Positions 20,272-29,618 of a stretch of DNA of 64,000 bases are shown piece by piece. Both the position numbers and the translations under genes were made by a program. The stretch spans positions 192,001 to 256,000 of the forward strand of contig JBFWJC010000003.1 in assembly GCA_050253415.1 (NCBI GenBank), given 5' to 3'. The notes beneath the pieces are model-generated. The model made no database searches. It had not been told where the DNA came from and saw only the letters and a list, made by a program, of their open reading frames with translations. The DNA comes from Pedobacter sp. GTDB lineage: Bacteria > Desulfobacterota > Desulfuromonadia > Desulfuromonadales > Syntrophotaleaceae. The first letter of the stretch is position 1. Each line of letters begins with the position of its first letter.

Positions 20272-20969
20272 AGGGTGAAGACACCATCCTCCAGAATGGC
20301 GTAAGAGGGCTTGTTACTCCATCCGCCAAGGGAGATAAGGGTGTTGCCGTTTTCATTGTGCTGTAGTGGCACATGGAAATGGCCGGTAATAACTGTATCG
20401 TAACCTTCGGAAAAGTAACCTCGGGCGTAGTTGAACAGGTCTTCACGAGGCAGGAGGTGACGGTCTCGTCCGCCGTTTTTACGGGAACTTTTGGCACTGG
20501 CCCAGCGAGCGACGCGCCACGCCGTGTCCGGCGGCACCAGCAGCATGAGACGACGCGTCCAGGAATGACGCAAAAAGCGTCTTAGCAACCGGTAACCTGT
20601 ATCCCGCGGATTGACAAGGTCGCCGTGGGCAATAAAGATCTTTCGCCCATCGCGTTCCAGCGCCCCGCCGTCCGGTAAAATACGGCAGTTCAGTGTTTCC
20701 CTGAAATAGGGGCCGACATGAAAATCGTGGTTTCCCTCGACAAAAACCAGTTCGGTACCCGCCGCCCGCAGGCGGCGCAGAGCGTTGAGCAAAGGGATGT
20801 AAGCTGTAAACACGGTATGGCGGTATCCAAGCCAAAACTCGAAAATATCGCCAAGCATGATCAGGCTGCGCAATTGTCCGCACTGCTGCTCAAGGAGTTC
20901 CAACAGTTGGCGATAACGGCTGTCATCAGGATCGAGAAGATGCGTATCGGCTATAAAAAGATCTTTCAT
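20259..20969 (-). CDS. lpxH: UDP-2,3-diacylglucosamine diphosphatase (LpxH-like metallophosphoesterase)
   Basis: ADTHL, GDIFEFW, GNHD, HGD and GHFH calcineurin-like motifs. Confidence 0.8.
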   Translation of the reverse strand: MKDLFIADTHLLDPDDSRYRQLLELLEQQCGQLRSLIMLGDIFEFWLGYRHTVFTAYIPLLNALRRLRAAGTELVFVEGNHDFHVGPYFRETLNCRILPDGGALERDGRKIFIAHGDLVNPRDTGYRLLRRFLRHSWTRRLMLLVPPDTAWRVARWASAKSSRKNGGRDRHLLPREDLFNYARGYFSEGYDTVITGHFHVPLQHNENGNTLISLGGWSNKPSYAILEDGVFTLYPS

Positions 20970-21161
20970 AGGACCCAACTGGTGTCCATCCGGAAATTTC
21001 GGATAGGGTTATGTTCGTTTTATAAGGGAGCGATTCCTCATCCGCAAACTATGGAAAATTGATCGCTATTTCTGAAAAGGATCATGGCCGGATGGAAACC
21101 AACTATAGAAGCGGGACAAGGTAAAGTCAAGCTGTGCTGCTGTTGCGAAAGGGAGGTAGGG

Positions 21162-21974
21162 ATGCTGAATGTTTTGGGGGACATGCACCCCATTGTACAG
21201 GCTTTGGTGGCCACCTGTTTTACCTGGGGGGTGACTTCGCTCGGAGCTGGAGCCGTTTTCCTGGCACGCCAGCCCAGCCGCAAGACTCTCGATGGCATGC
21301 TCGGGTTTGCCGCCGGGGTCATGATTGCCGCCAGTTACTGGTCGTTGCTGGCGCCCGCTATTGAGATGTCCGAGGGGAAAGGTCTGCCTGCCTGGGTGCC
21401 ACCAGCCATCGGGTTTTTGCTCGGGGGATTTTTTCTGCGCGGACTCGATATGCTGTTGCCGCATTTGCATCGCGGCTTGCCTCGCAGCAAGGCCGAAGGG
21501 ATCGAAACCAGCTGGCCCCGCAGTACCCTTTTCGTGCTGGCGGTAACCTTGCATAATATTCCGGAGGGCCTTGCCGTGGGGGTCGCTTTTGGTGCCGTAG
21601 GGGCCGGATTGGATGCCTCCAGCATGACCGCCGCCGTAGCTCTAGCTCTGGGTATCGGATTACAGAATTTCCCCGAGGGCATGGCCGTCTCGATGCCCTT
21701 AAGGAGAGATGGATTATCGCCTTTTAAAAGTTTCTGGTATGGGCAACTTTCCGGCTTTGTCGAAGTTATCGCCGGTGTGGTGGGTGCCGCTACCGTTCTG
21801 TTGGCTCGCCCCATTCTTCCTTATGCTCTGGCGTTTGCTGCCGGGGCCATGATCTTTGTGGTTATCGAGGAGGTGGTGCCGGAGACGCAACAAGGCGAAT
21901 TCGGCGATTTTGCAACTTTGTGCGCCATGCTTGGTTTTGTCGTCATGATGAGTCTGGATGTCGGGTTGGGATAG
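21162..21974 (+). CDS. ZIP family metal transporter (GufA/ZupT-like)
   Basis: [31 protein letters not shown] after GGAGG. Confidence 0.93.
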   Translation: MLNVLGDMHPIVQALVATCFTWGVTSLGAGAVFLARQPSRKTLDGMLGFAAGVMIAASYWSLLAPAIEMSEGKGLPAWVPPAIGFLLGGFFLRGLDMLLPHLHRGLPRSKAEGIETSWPRSTLFVLAVTLHNIPEGLAVGVAFGAVGAGLDASSMTAAVALALGIGLQNFPEGMAVSMPLRRDGLSPFKSFWYGQLSGFVEVIAGVVGAATVLLARPILPYALAFAAGAMIFVVIEEVVPETQQGEFGDFATLCAMLGFVVMMSLDVGLG

Positions 21975-22208
21975 GAGCGATTGCTTTGTGAAGGTAAAGG
22001 GCCAAGACCGGAAGTCTGCCAAACGCAACATCGGTAGGTAATGCTTTCCGCATCAAAATCGCTATTGGCTATCCCGATTCTATCCTTCCGGTTGACTTTA
22101 GTGGTTTTTATCCGCATCTCATGTTGGTTCGATTGTGATAATTTTTCATAACTTTTCGTATGATATTTTGTTTGCTGGTTGATGGATTTTAGTTTCAGGA
22201 GGATAACC

Positions 22209-23504
22209 GTGTACTGTAATAAATTACGACTTGCCGCCCGGTGTTTTGCAGGCAGCATCTTATTGCCCATGATGATGGCAACTTTTTGCCTGGCGACCGA
22301 TTACCGTACCCCGAGGGCGGGGGAAAGCTACACCACGGAGGTGTTCGGGCAGTCGGCCACCGCACCATCTCGTGATCGTTGTTCCGTAACGGCATTGAAT
22401 CTCGGGCTGCAATGGTTGCCTTATGCACCCAGTGATTATGAACTTCAGCCCTTTGGGGCCTATTTTTTGTGGCGTAACAAAGATAACGGCCGTCAGAGAC
22501 TTCGCGCGGTATTGGTCGGCGTGTACAACGAAGTTCGTTACAATGTAACCCCGTCATGGTTGGGTAAAACCGAACTTGTCATGACTTTTGATAACATGAC
22601 GATCCCGTTCGCACGCCAGGAATTCGTCGAGGGCGCGCAAATCGATCAGGAAGAACTGGAGTGGCATCGCGCACACCTCGGATTCGGGCTGGGCTGGCGC
22701 ACACCGCTGGCTCCCGGACACCAGGATAATGCTCTGGAGGTCGCTCTGACTTATGAACCAGGCGTGTTGCTGTTCAGTGAGGGTAGCGATACCGTCGATG
22801 GCTTTCAACAACCGCGCGATACCTATGAAGGACGGGTTCATATTCGTATGCGTGCCGATGCCTTGGAACGCAACATCATGGAACTTCCTCATGAGGGATG
22901 GGCGGCCGGGTTCGACGGGTTGTATGGGCATCGTGCCAATTGGGACGATTGGGGTGGCGGACCGGTTTTTGGAATGCAGGACGGCGAAGAGCACCGTACC
23001 TGGTCTGCGGCAAAGTTCTTTGCCCTGGCGGCTCTACCCATGCCGTTGGTTGATAAAGAGCGCAACCGTGTGATCGCTTCATTGTATGGTGGCATTGGCG
23101 AAAATTTAGATCGCTTCAGCGCATTTCGCCTCGGTGGTGAGCCAACCGGAGGTGAGTGGGAAGCGCTATCGCGTCCCACCCTCATGGGCGCTATATTTGA
23201 CGAATTTTATAGTCGCAGCTATGCTGTCGCAAATTTGGAATACCGCCATGAATTACTGTTTTTCTGTTATCTCCATTTGCGCGGTCAACTTGCAGTAGTG
23301 GATCGACCTCGAGTGAAAAACGGACAACTCGACTGGGAGATGGACACCCTTCCGGCGGTCGGTGCCGCTGTAACCTGCGGTGCCCCCTGGAACTCCCAGG
23401 TTGAAATCGGTTATAGCTATAATTTCGGACTGTTGCGTGATCAGGGGGATGGCAGTGAGTTCGGAGGCTCTGCCTTGACGCTGGCCTGGTCCAAAGAGTT
23501 TTGA
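22209..23504 (+). CDS. Hypothetical exported protein, probable outer-membrane beta-barrel
   Basis: GTG after AGGAGGA; signal-like N-terminus; Gly/aromatic-rich amphipathic strands; ends LTLAWSKEF with terminal Phe. Confidence 0.65.
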   Translation: MYCNKLRLAARCFAGSILLPMMMATFCLATDYRTPRAGESYTTEVFGQSATAPSRDRCSVTALNLGLQWLPYAPSDYELQPFGAYFLWRNKDNGRQRLRAVLVGVYNEVRYNVTPSWLGKTELVMTFDNMTIPFARQEFVEGAQIDQEELEWHRAHLGFGLGWRTPLAPGHQDNALEVALTYEPGVLLFSEGSDTVDGFQQPRDTYEGRVHIRMRADALERNIMELPHEGWAAGFDGLYGHRANWDDWGGGPVFGMQDGEEHRTWSAAKFFALAALPMPLVDKERNRVIASLYGGIGENLDRFSAFRLGGEPTGGEWEALSRPTLMGAIFDEFYSRSYAVANLEYRHELLFFCYLHLRGQLAVVDRPRVKNGQLDWEMDTLPAVGAAVTCGAPWNSQVEIGYSYNFGLLRDQGDGSEFGGSALTLAWSKEF

Positions 23505-23523
23505 CGAAGATTTTTCTTGTCTG

Positions 23524-23554
23524 CACCCCGGTTTGCCACCGGGGTGTTTTTTTT
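23524..23554 (+). terminator. Rho-independent terminator
   Basis: CACCCCGGT-ttgcc-ACCGGGGTG followed by a T tract. Confidence 0.88.
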
Positions 23555-23748
23555 ATTTTAGCTCCTTCTTTGGCTTTCCTCGATAAAAAGGTATTGAAAG
23601 CAACGACGATTTATGTGAGGCTTCGTTATAACCGGTGCTACATATCGAGGCTGTAACTTCCGATGTGTCTGACACATGCCCGTGTTGCGGAAGATTTCCT
23701 TTTTGCATGCATGGTGGAAGCAAAGCGTTGTTGCACCTTACCCACTTG

Positions 23749-23801
23749 GCCGCTGCAGAGACATGAACGTTGCTCATGGCTGCTTGCAGCGGCACTTTTT
23801 T
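23749..23801 (+). terminator. Terminator-like hairpin inside an intergenic region
   Basis: GCCGCTGCA...TGCAGCGGC stem with inner CATGA/TCATG pairing, then acTTTTTT. Confidence 0.5.
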
Positions 23802-23993
23802 GAAATTCAAAAAGAGTATTCCTGAATTGAAGAACTCCGATATTTATTACCTCAGGCAATGTGGCGCGGCTTACTGGTCGTAAAAAACATTTAAGTTGCT
23901 GACTTGTACTGGTGGTATTTATTTAGAAAAACGTTTACGCAGCGGCGGGTACGGAGCGAATCCGAGTAGTCCATTTATAACCAAGGAGGATGT

Positions 23994-24746
23994 ATGACTT
24001 TGAAGATTCAAAGAAAACTTCTGGATATCCTGGTTTCGAAGGCGACCGACCTTGAAGTTGAAGAAGTTCGTATCGGATTGGGTTACTCGGCAGTTAAACT
24101 TAACAACGGGCAAGCCGGTCTTGCCTGGACTCCATCCAACAAAGGTAGCGGTTGCACACACCTCCACGCGGCGGGAACACTAAGCGGAAAGCCAGCAGGC
24201 GAACTGTTGTCAGGTCTGGTCGAGGATAATGCCCTGCTGAGGGCGCTTGGCGTTGCGACTGCCAATGCCTTGGTTTCAAGTCCCACACCAGGAGCCTTTA
24301 CCGGCAACGCTCTGGCCCCATTGGGCATTACCTCCAAGGATCATGTTGCCATGGTCGGATATTTTGGGCCCCTCGTCAGGGAGTTGAACCAGGGCGGGTG
24401 TCGATTGGATATCATTGAGTTGGATTCAACGCGACCCGGTGTCCTGACTCCGCAAGAAGGTAAGGTGGCTCTTGCCAACTGCGATGTGGCAATCCTTACT
24501 GGAACCAGCCTGATTACCGGCACCCTGGATGATTTATTTGTTTCTTTGGGAAATCCACGGGGGGTTGTGTTGCTCGGGCCATCCGCACCGTTGTGTCCGG
24601 AGGTTTTTGCCGATACCCCTCTGACGCAGATATCGGGCGCACGCGTGCTTGATTGCGATAGTGTATTTCGAGTAATCTCCGAAGGTGGCGGCACCCCCCT
24701 GTTGAAACACCATGTGGCCTTTGAGACCCTATTTTTGAATCGTTAG
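23994..24746 (+). CDS. DUF364 family (Rossmann-like, putative heavy-metal-chelation) protein
   Basis: IGLGYSAV..GLA N-domain; LGVATANA; VAMVGYFGP; TGTSL; LLGPSAP; ISEGGG; AAGGAGG RBS. Confidence 0.8.
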   Translation: MTLKIQRKLLDILVSKATDLEVEEVRIGLGYSAVKLNNGQAGLAWTPSNKGSGCTHLHAAGTLSGKPAGELLSGLVEDNALLRALGVATANALVSSPTPGAFTGNALAPLGITSKDHVAMVGYFGPLVRELNQGGCRLDIIELDSTRPGVLTPQEGKVALANCDVAILTGTSLITGTLDDLFVSLGNPRGVVLLGPSAPLCPEVFADTPLTQISGARVLDCDSVFRVISEGGGTPLLKHHVAFETLFLNR

Positions 24747-24906
24747 GGTCTCGTCTGCTATCAGCCCTATTTTCTGTCTGTACGCTTCCCTGGATAAAAT
24801 ACCATTTTTTGTTGGAATGAGAATCTTTCTAGAGCATCTCGGAAAGGTTTTGGTATTATTGCTAATAAAGGCATTTGTAACTCAAGGCGCCAGCGAGAGG
24901 GGTTGT

Positions 24907-25554
24907 ATGGGCTTTAGTGAACCTGTAAAGGAGCAGCTTGGTCTGTTTGGAGCTGTGGTCGACAATTTGGCTATCATGGTTGAGATGGCGCGTAGCGCTT
25001 TCAATCATCAGTGCCGGCAAATGTTGGCCGAAGTGGAACATCACAAGGTGATCGTCGAGGAAGAGATTGCCCTTGCTACGGAGCGGATTGATAATCTGCT
25101 AGGTCACGTTAACGGGAAGGACCAGGTCAAGGCGATCAAGCTGCACAGTATCCTGTCGCATTTGCAGATTGTGACCGAAACGCTCAGCGAGTTGGCACAT
25201 CCGCTACGACGGCAAATCAGTGACGGTATACCTTTTTCGCCGAAGGCTTGCACTCAGATCAACGATTTGTTCAAAGGTCATCTTGAGATACTGCGTGCCC
25301 TGGCGGATATTCTGAAAACCGACAACGAGGTTCTTAAAACTTACATCAGTGAAGATAAGGGACCGCAGTTGTGCCGACTCTGCATTGAGTTCGCTACGGA
25401 TCACGAAGCGCGTCTTATAGAGGGGCTCTGTACTCCCCATGCAGCACCTCTCTATCTCGGGATTCTGGATTGCCTGCGGATCATGGCTCAGCACGAGATT
25501 TCCGTGGCGCAGCTATTACAGGAAGTTTCCCAGTTAGCAGGTGACACTCTATGA
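24907..25554 (+). CDS. Stand-alone PhoU-like helical-bundle protein
   Basis: Soluble and all-helical; HEARLIEGLC..YLGILD resembles the PhoU-like C-terminus of Na/Pi cotransporters. Confidence 0.6.
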   Translation: MGFSEPVKEQLGLFGAVVDNLAIMVEMARSAFNHQCRQMLAEVEHHKVIVEEEIALATERIDNLLGHVNGKDQVKAIKLHSILSHLQIVTETLSELAHPLRRQISDGIPFSPKACTQINDLFKGHLEILRALADILKTDNEVLKTYISEDKGPQLCRLCIEFATDHEARLIEGLCTPHAAPLYLGILDCLRIMAQHEISVAQLLQEVSQLAGDTL

Positions 25555-25585
25555 TGCGGGGTTGTGCAATCGCTGTCATGTTTTG

Positions 25586-25629
25586 AAAAAAATGGCCGGA
25601 CAATCATGATATTGTCCGGCCATTTTTTT
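25586..25629. terminator. Bidirectional rho-independent terminator
   Basis: A7-TGGCCGGACAAT-catgat-ATTGTCCGGCCA-T7 between convergent genes. Confidence 0.9.
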
Positions 25630-25684
25630 CATGTCGATTTAAAATGGAACCCTTTGCGGAAAGCTAAGCCGGGTTCGTGGATTA

Positions 25685-26587
25685 TCAAGGCTTGGACTCC
25701 GGCGTTTCCATAGGAACCAGAACAATCTGGATACGACGATTCTGCGCTCTTCCGCTGCTTGTAGAATTTTTGGCGATGGGCTGGTAAGGACCGAAACCGC
25801 AGATGGATAAGCGTTCTCCAGGGATGTCCAGACTGTCCTGTAGGAAATGCACCACACTGCCGGCGCGGGCTGCCGATAACTCCCAGTTGGAAGGGTAGGT
25901 GTCCTTGAGTCGCGGACTGATCGGTATATTATCGGTATGACCTTCAACCCGGATGTTTTTGCCAGTGGCATCCTTAAGGATTGTACCTATGCGTTTGAGG
26001 ATATTGAGGCCGGCCGGTTTGATCTCAGCTTTGCCTGAATCGAACAAGATCTTTTCCACCATATTTACGGTGAGGCGGCCCTGTAATTCGGAAATGGTGA
26101 CATCTCCGCGTTTAATTTCGGTTTCCAGTTTACCGACCAGATCGTCGTAGGTTGTTTTTAACTGTGCGATACGCGCCTGACGTGCCAGTTGCTCCTGTTC
26201 CAGTTGCGCAGTGAGTTGGCGTTTTTCCTCTTCGAGTCGGTCAATGGCCTGTCGCAGATCGGTCATGGCTATGCCCGCCTCGTTGCTGCGGTCGGCCAGA
26301 ATCTTTTCCAGACGCTCAATGTCGGCCTTGGCGCGCAGGTTGTCCTGACGCAGGGCGGCCGAAGTGGCACGGGTGTCTTCCATTTGCTGCGCAATTTCGT
26401 CGTAACGAAGCGCCAGTTGTTTTTGTTGTTCGATGAGCTTGGCATAGTCCTGTTCAAGATTGCGACTCAGAGCTGCATAATGGTCCGCTTCGTCGGATTT
26501 ACGTTGGAAAGCGGACTGGCTGACGCAACCGGTGGTCAGAAAAGCTAGCGCCAGACCGGTTGCAACGAGCTGAAGAATCATTCGCAC
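25685..26587 (-). CDS. OmpA/MotB-like peptidoglycan-binding lipoprotein with coiled coil
   Basis: Lipobox-like TTGC; heptad region; ILFDSG, EGHTD, NWELSAARA, NRRIQI; GTG after AGGAGG. Confidence 0.88.
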   Translation of the reverse strand: MRMILQLVATGLALAFLTTGCVSQSAFQRKSDEADHYAALSRNLEQDYAKLIEQQKQLALRYDEIAQQMEDTRATSAALRQDNLRAKADIERLEKILADRSNEAGIAMTDLRQAIDRLEEEKRQLTAQLEQEQLARQARIAQLKTTYDDLVGKLETEIKRGDVTISELQGRLTVNMVEKILFDSGKAEIKPAGLNILKRIGTILKDATGKNIRVEGHTDNIPISPRLKDTYPSNWELSAARAGSVVHFLQDSLDIPGERLSICGFGPYQPIAKNSTSSGRAQNRRIQIVLVPMETPESKP

Positions 26588-26794
26588 GGTGTTTCCTCCT
26601 GAGAAGGCTGTTGTGGGGCAGTTCAAATCGGGCCGAAAAATTTATCCATTGTTAAACGGAACACCCCCGGTTTGTAAAGGCTAAAGAACATGGAAATAGG
26701 GCTTTATGGGTTGCGGGGCCTTCTGAGACCATGATATATAAAAGCGTGATGTTATTGATGTAAAATTGTTTTAAATCCGCTTATGGAGACATGC

Positions 26795-27619
26795 ATGTTT
26801 GAGATAGATCGTATTATCCGGACCGCTCTGCAGGAAGATATCGGGCTCGGGGATATAACCACTCAGGCAACGATTGCACCGGGCACCATGGCCCGGGCAG
26901 AGCTGGTTGCCAAACAAGACTTTGTACTGGCCGGCATCGATGTGGCCCGCCAGGTTTTCAACTTGTTGGATCCTTCCGTAGCTTTTGAAAAATTGCGCGA
27001 AGATGGATGGCATGTGCAGCGCGGGGATGTCCTTGCATGGATCAAGGGGGAGGCTTCCGTTTTGCTGCAGGGAGAGCGTGTGGCGCTGAATCTGATGCAG
27101 CGTATGAGCGGCGTCGCGACCCATGCGGCCGCGTTTGTAAAAGAGTTGGAAGGCACGGGCGCAGCGGTTGTTGATACCCGCAAAACCACTCCGGGGCTGC
27201 GGGTGCTGGAAAAATATGCTGTCAGAATCGGCGGTGGACGGAACCATCGTACCTCCCTTTACGATGGTGTTCTCATCAAAGAAAATCATGTGGCTGCTGC
27301 CGGTGGTATAGCCGTAGCGGTAGCCCGGGCTCGCGAAACAGCGCCCCATACCCTGCGAATCGAAGTGGAAACACGCAATCTGACCGAAGTCGAGGAGGCT
27401 CTGGCGGCCGGTGCGGATGTCATTATGCTCGACAACATGGATCTTGAAATGTTGCGTCAGGCGGTGAGTCTCGTAGATGGGCGCGCCATTACCGAAGCCT
27501 CGGGTGGTGTCACCCTTGAAACGGTGCGTGGTATTGCTGAAACCGGGGTTGATCTTATTTCTGTCGGCGCGTTGACCCATTCCAGTCCGGCGGTTGATAT
27601 CTCCATGCTCTTTCAATAA
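26795..27619 (+). CDS. nadC: Nicotinate-nucleotide pyrophosphorylase (quinolinate phosphoribosyltransferase)
   Basis: EDIGLGDIT, DTRKTTPG, LIKENH, IMLDN, EASGG, SVGALTHS. Confidence 0.97.
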   Translation: MFEIDRIIRTALQEDIGLGDITTQATIAPGTMARAELVAKQDFVLAGIDVARQVFNLLDPSVAFEKLREDGWHVQRGDVLAWIKGEASVLLQGERVALNLMQRMSGVATHAAAFVKELEGTGAAVVDTRKTTPGLRVLEKYAVRIGGGRNHRTSLYDGVLIKENHVAAAGGIAVAVARARETAPHTLRIEVETRNLTEVEEALAAGADVIMLDNMDLEMLRQAVSLVDGRAITEASGGVTLETVRGIAETGVDLISVGALTHSSPAVDISMLFQ

Positions 27620-27628
27620 CGGGGTACC

Positions 27629-28612
27629 ATGCCTGTGCAAGACGCACGCACAACCATACTTGCTCTGTTTCGCACTGCCGGTGACGGATTCGTATCCGGG
27701 GGCCAGATCAGCCGTGCTCTCGGGGTTTCGCGAACCGCCGTGTGGAAAAAAATCGAACAGTTAAGGTTATTGGGGTATGCCATCGAAGCGGTGCCTTCAA
27801 AAGGCTATCGTTTGCAGGTGACCCCCGATCTGTTGCTGCCTGAAGAGGTGAAGGCAGATCTCAATACCGAGCTCATCGGTCGCGAGGTGATATATTGTTC
27901 AGAAACCGATTCGACCAATCTGCGTGCTCATGAACTCGGTAAAGCCGGTGCGGTAGAAGGTACCGTGGTGCTGGCTGACAGCCAGACGGCCGGCAAGGGA
28001 CGTCTGGGACGCAAGTGGTGTTCGCCGCCGGGAGTCAATGTGTATGCTTCGGTGCTGGTTCGGCCGCCGGTGGCGCCCCGATATGCCAGTCAGTTAACCT
28101 TTTTGTCGGCGGCTGCGGTAGCGCGTGCCGTGGCTGAAATCGGAGGGCTGCCGGTGACGGTCAAATGGCCCAACGATGTGCTGGTGGGTGGTCGCAAGGT
28201 GGCTGGTCTTCTGAATGAACTGGACGCCGAAACCGAGCGCATTCACTATCTGGTTTTAGGGATCGGGGTTAATATCAACATGCAATCCGATCAATTTCCC
28301 GAAGGCTTGCGTTATCCTGCGACCTCCATGATGCTGGAATGCGGCCAAACGATATCGCGTCGGGATTTTACCCGCAGCCTGCTACGTCATCTGGACAGTC
28401 TTTACGCTCTTTACCTTGCGCAAGGTTTCGAGCCGGTGCTGGATGCCTGGCAGGAGTATTTCGATCTGAGTGGACGGATGGTCGAAGTCGATTACCAGGA
28501 CCGCAAGGTGGTTGGTTGTGTGAAGGGTCTTGGCGGTGATGGCGCTCTGCTGCTGGAATTGACCGATGGATCTTCGGAGCGTGTTCTGGCCGGTGACGTA
28601 AGGCCACTGTAA
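27629..28612 (+). CDS. birA: Bifunctional biotin-protein ligase / repressor
   Basis: N-terminal HTH VSRTAVWKKI; DSTN; QTAGKGRLGR; KWPND; GIGVN. Confidence 0.95.
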   Translation: MPVQDARTTILALFRTAGDGFVSGGQISRALGVSRTAVWKKIEQLRLLGYAIEAVPSKGYRLQVTPDLLLPEEVKADLNTELIGREVIYCSETDSTNLRAHELGKAGAVEGTVVLADSQTAGKGRLGRKWCSPPGVNVYASVLVRPPVAPRYASQLTFLSAAAVARAVAEIGGLPVTVKWPNDVLVGGRKVAGLLNELDAETERIHYLVLGIGVNINMQSDQFPEGLRYPATSMMLECGQTISRRDFTRSLLRHLDSLYALYLAQGFEPVLDAWQEYFDLSGRMVEVDYQDRKVVGCVKGLGGDGALLLELTDGSSERVLAGDVRPL

Positions 28613-28677
28613 TGGATATTGTTTCGGTATCCCCGTACGGATACCGGTGAAAAAATCGTAAATTCCAAAGGAAGACT

Positions 28678-29445
28678 ATGCTGCTGGTTATAGATGTCGG
28701 CAATACCAACACCGTGGTAGGGCTTTATGAAGGGCAGACGTTGGCTCACAATTGGCGGATTACCACCGACAAGGGTCGGACCGGTGATGAATATGCCATG
28801 CTGTTGCACGAATTATTGCGTCTCGCCAACGTTTCTTTTGATCGCATTGAAGATGTCATTGTTTCCAGCGTCGTTCCGCCGACACTGCAGGCCATTGAAA
28901 CGCTTTGCAGCAAATACGTCGGTCGCCTGCCCTATGTGGTAGGTCCCGGTATCAAGACCGGTATGCCGATCCTTTACGAAAATCCAAGGGAAGTTGGAGC
29001 CGATCGCATTGTCAATGCCGTAGCCGCTTTTGCCCGGTGGCAGCGTAGCCTGATCGTCGTCGACTTCGGTACCGCCACAACCTTTGATTATGTTACCGCC
29101 AAAGGCCAGTACCAAGGCGGCGCCATAGCTCCCGGACTTAAGATCAGTGCCGATGCGTTGTTCGAAAAAGCCAGTAAATTACCGCGGGTGGAAGTTTCCA
29201 AACCTCCTTTCGTGGTGGCTAAAAATACCGTCAACAGTATTCAGTCCGGACTCTTTTTCGGTTATGTCGGTTTGGTCGACGGTATCGTCGAGCGCATGAA
29301 AAAAGAGACCCGCGACGATCCTCTGGTCGTCGCCACCGGCGGCTTGGCCACCCTGATAGCCAATGAAACTCAAACCATAAACGAGGTGGATCCCGACCTT
29401 ACTCTGGAAGGTTTACGTATTCTGTATTTGCGCAACAAAGGGTAA
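28678..29445 (+). CDS. coaX: Type III pantothenate kinase
   Basis: IDVGNTN, GADR, DFGTATT, ATGG, LTLEGL. Confidence 0.96.
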   Translation: MLLVIDVGNTNTVVGLYEGQTLAHNWRITTDKGRTGDEYAMLLHELLRLANVSFDRIEDVIVSSVVPPTLQAIETLCSKYVGRLPYVVGPGIKTGMPILYENPREVGADRIVNAVAAFARWQRSLIVVDFGTATTFDYVTAKGQYQGGAIAPGLKISADALFEKASKLPRVEVSKPPFVVAKNTVNSIQSGLFFGYVGLVDGIVERMKKETRDDPLVVATGGLATLIANETQTINEVDPDLTLEGLRILYLRNKG

Positions 29446-29618
29446 TGCGCCTTCGCGGGCACATGACTAAAAGATTTTTCCTCATGTTTAATCCGGCAGG
29501 TGACTGCCGATACGATGTCATAGGCAGCGATGCCGGTTTATGCATCGCAGCGTTCGTTGTTTCCTGAGATGTGATCCTCAAGCGCGTTCCCCCGGCGGGG
29601 AAAATGAAGGGAGATACC

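Noticed and set aside
26771..27640. 289-aa minus-strand ORF
   Set aside because: Antisense shadow of nadC
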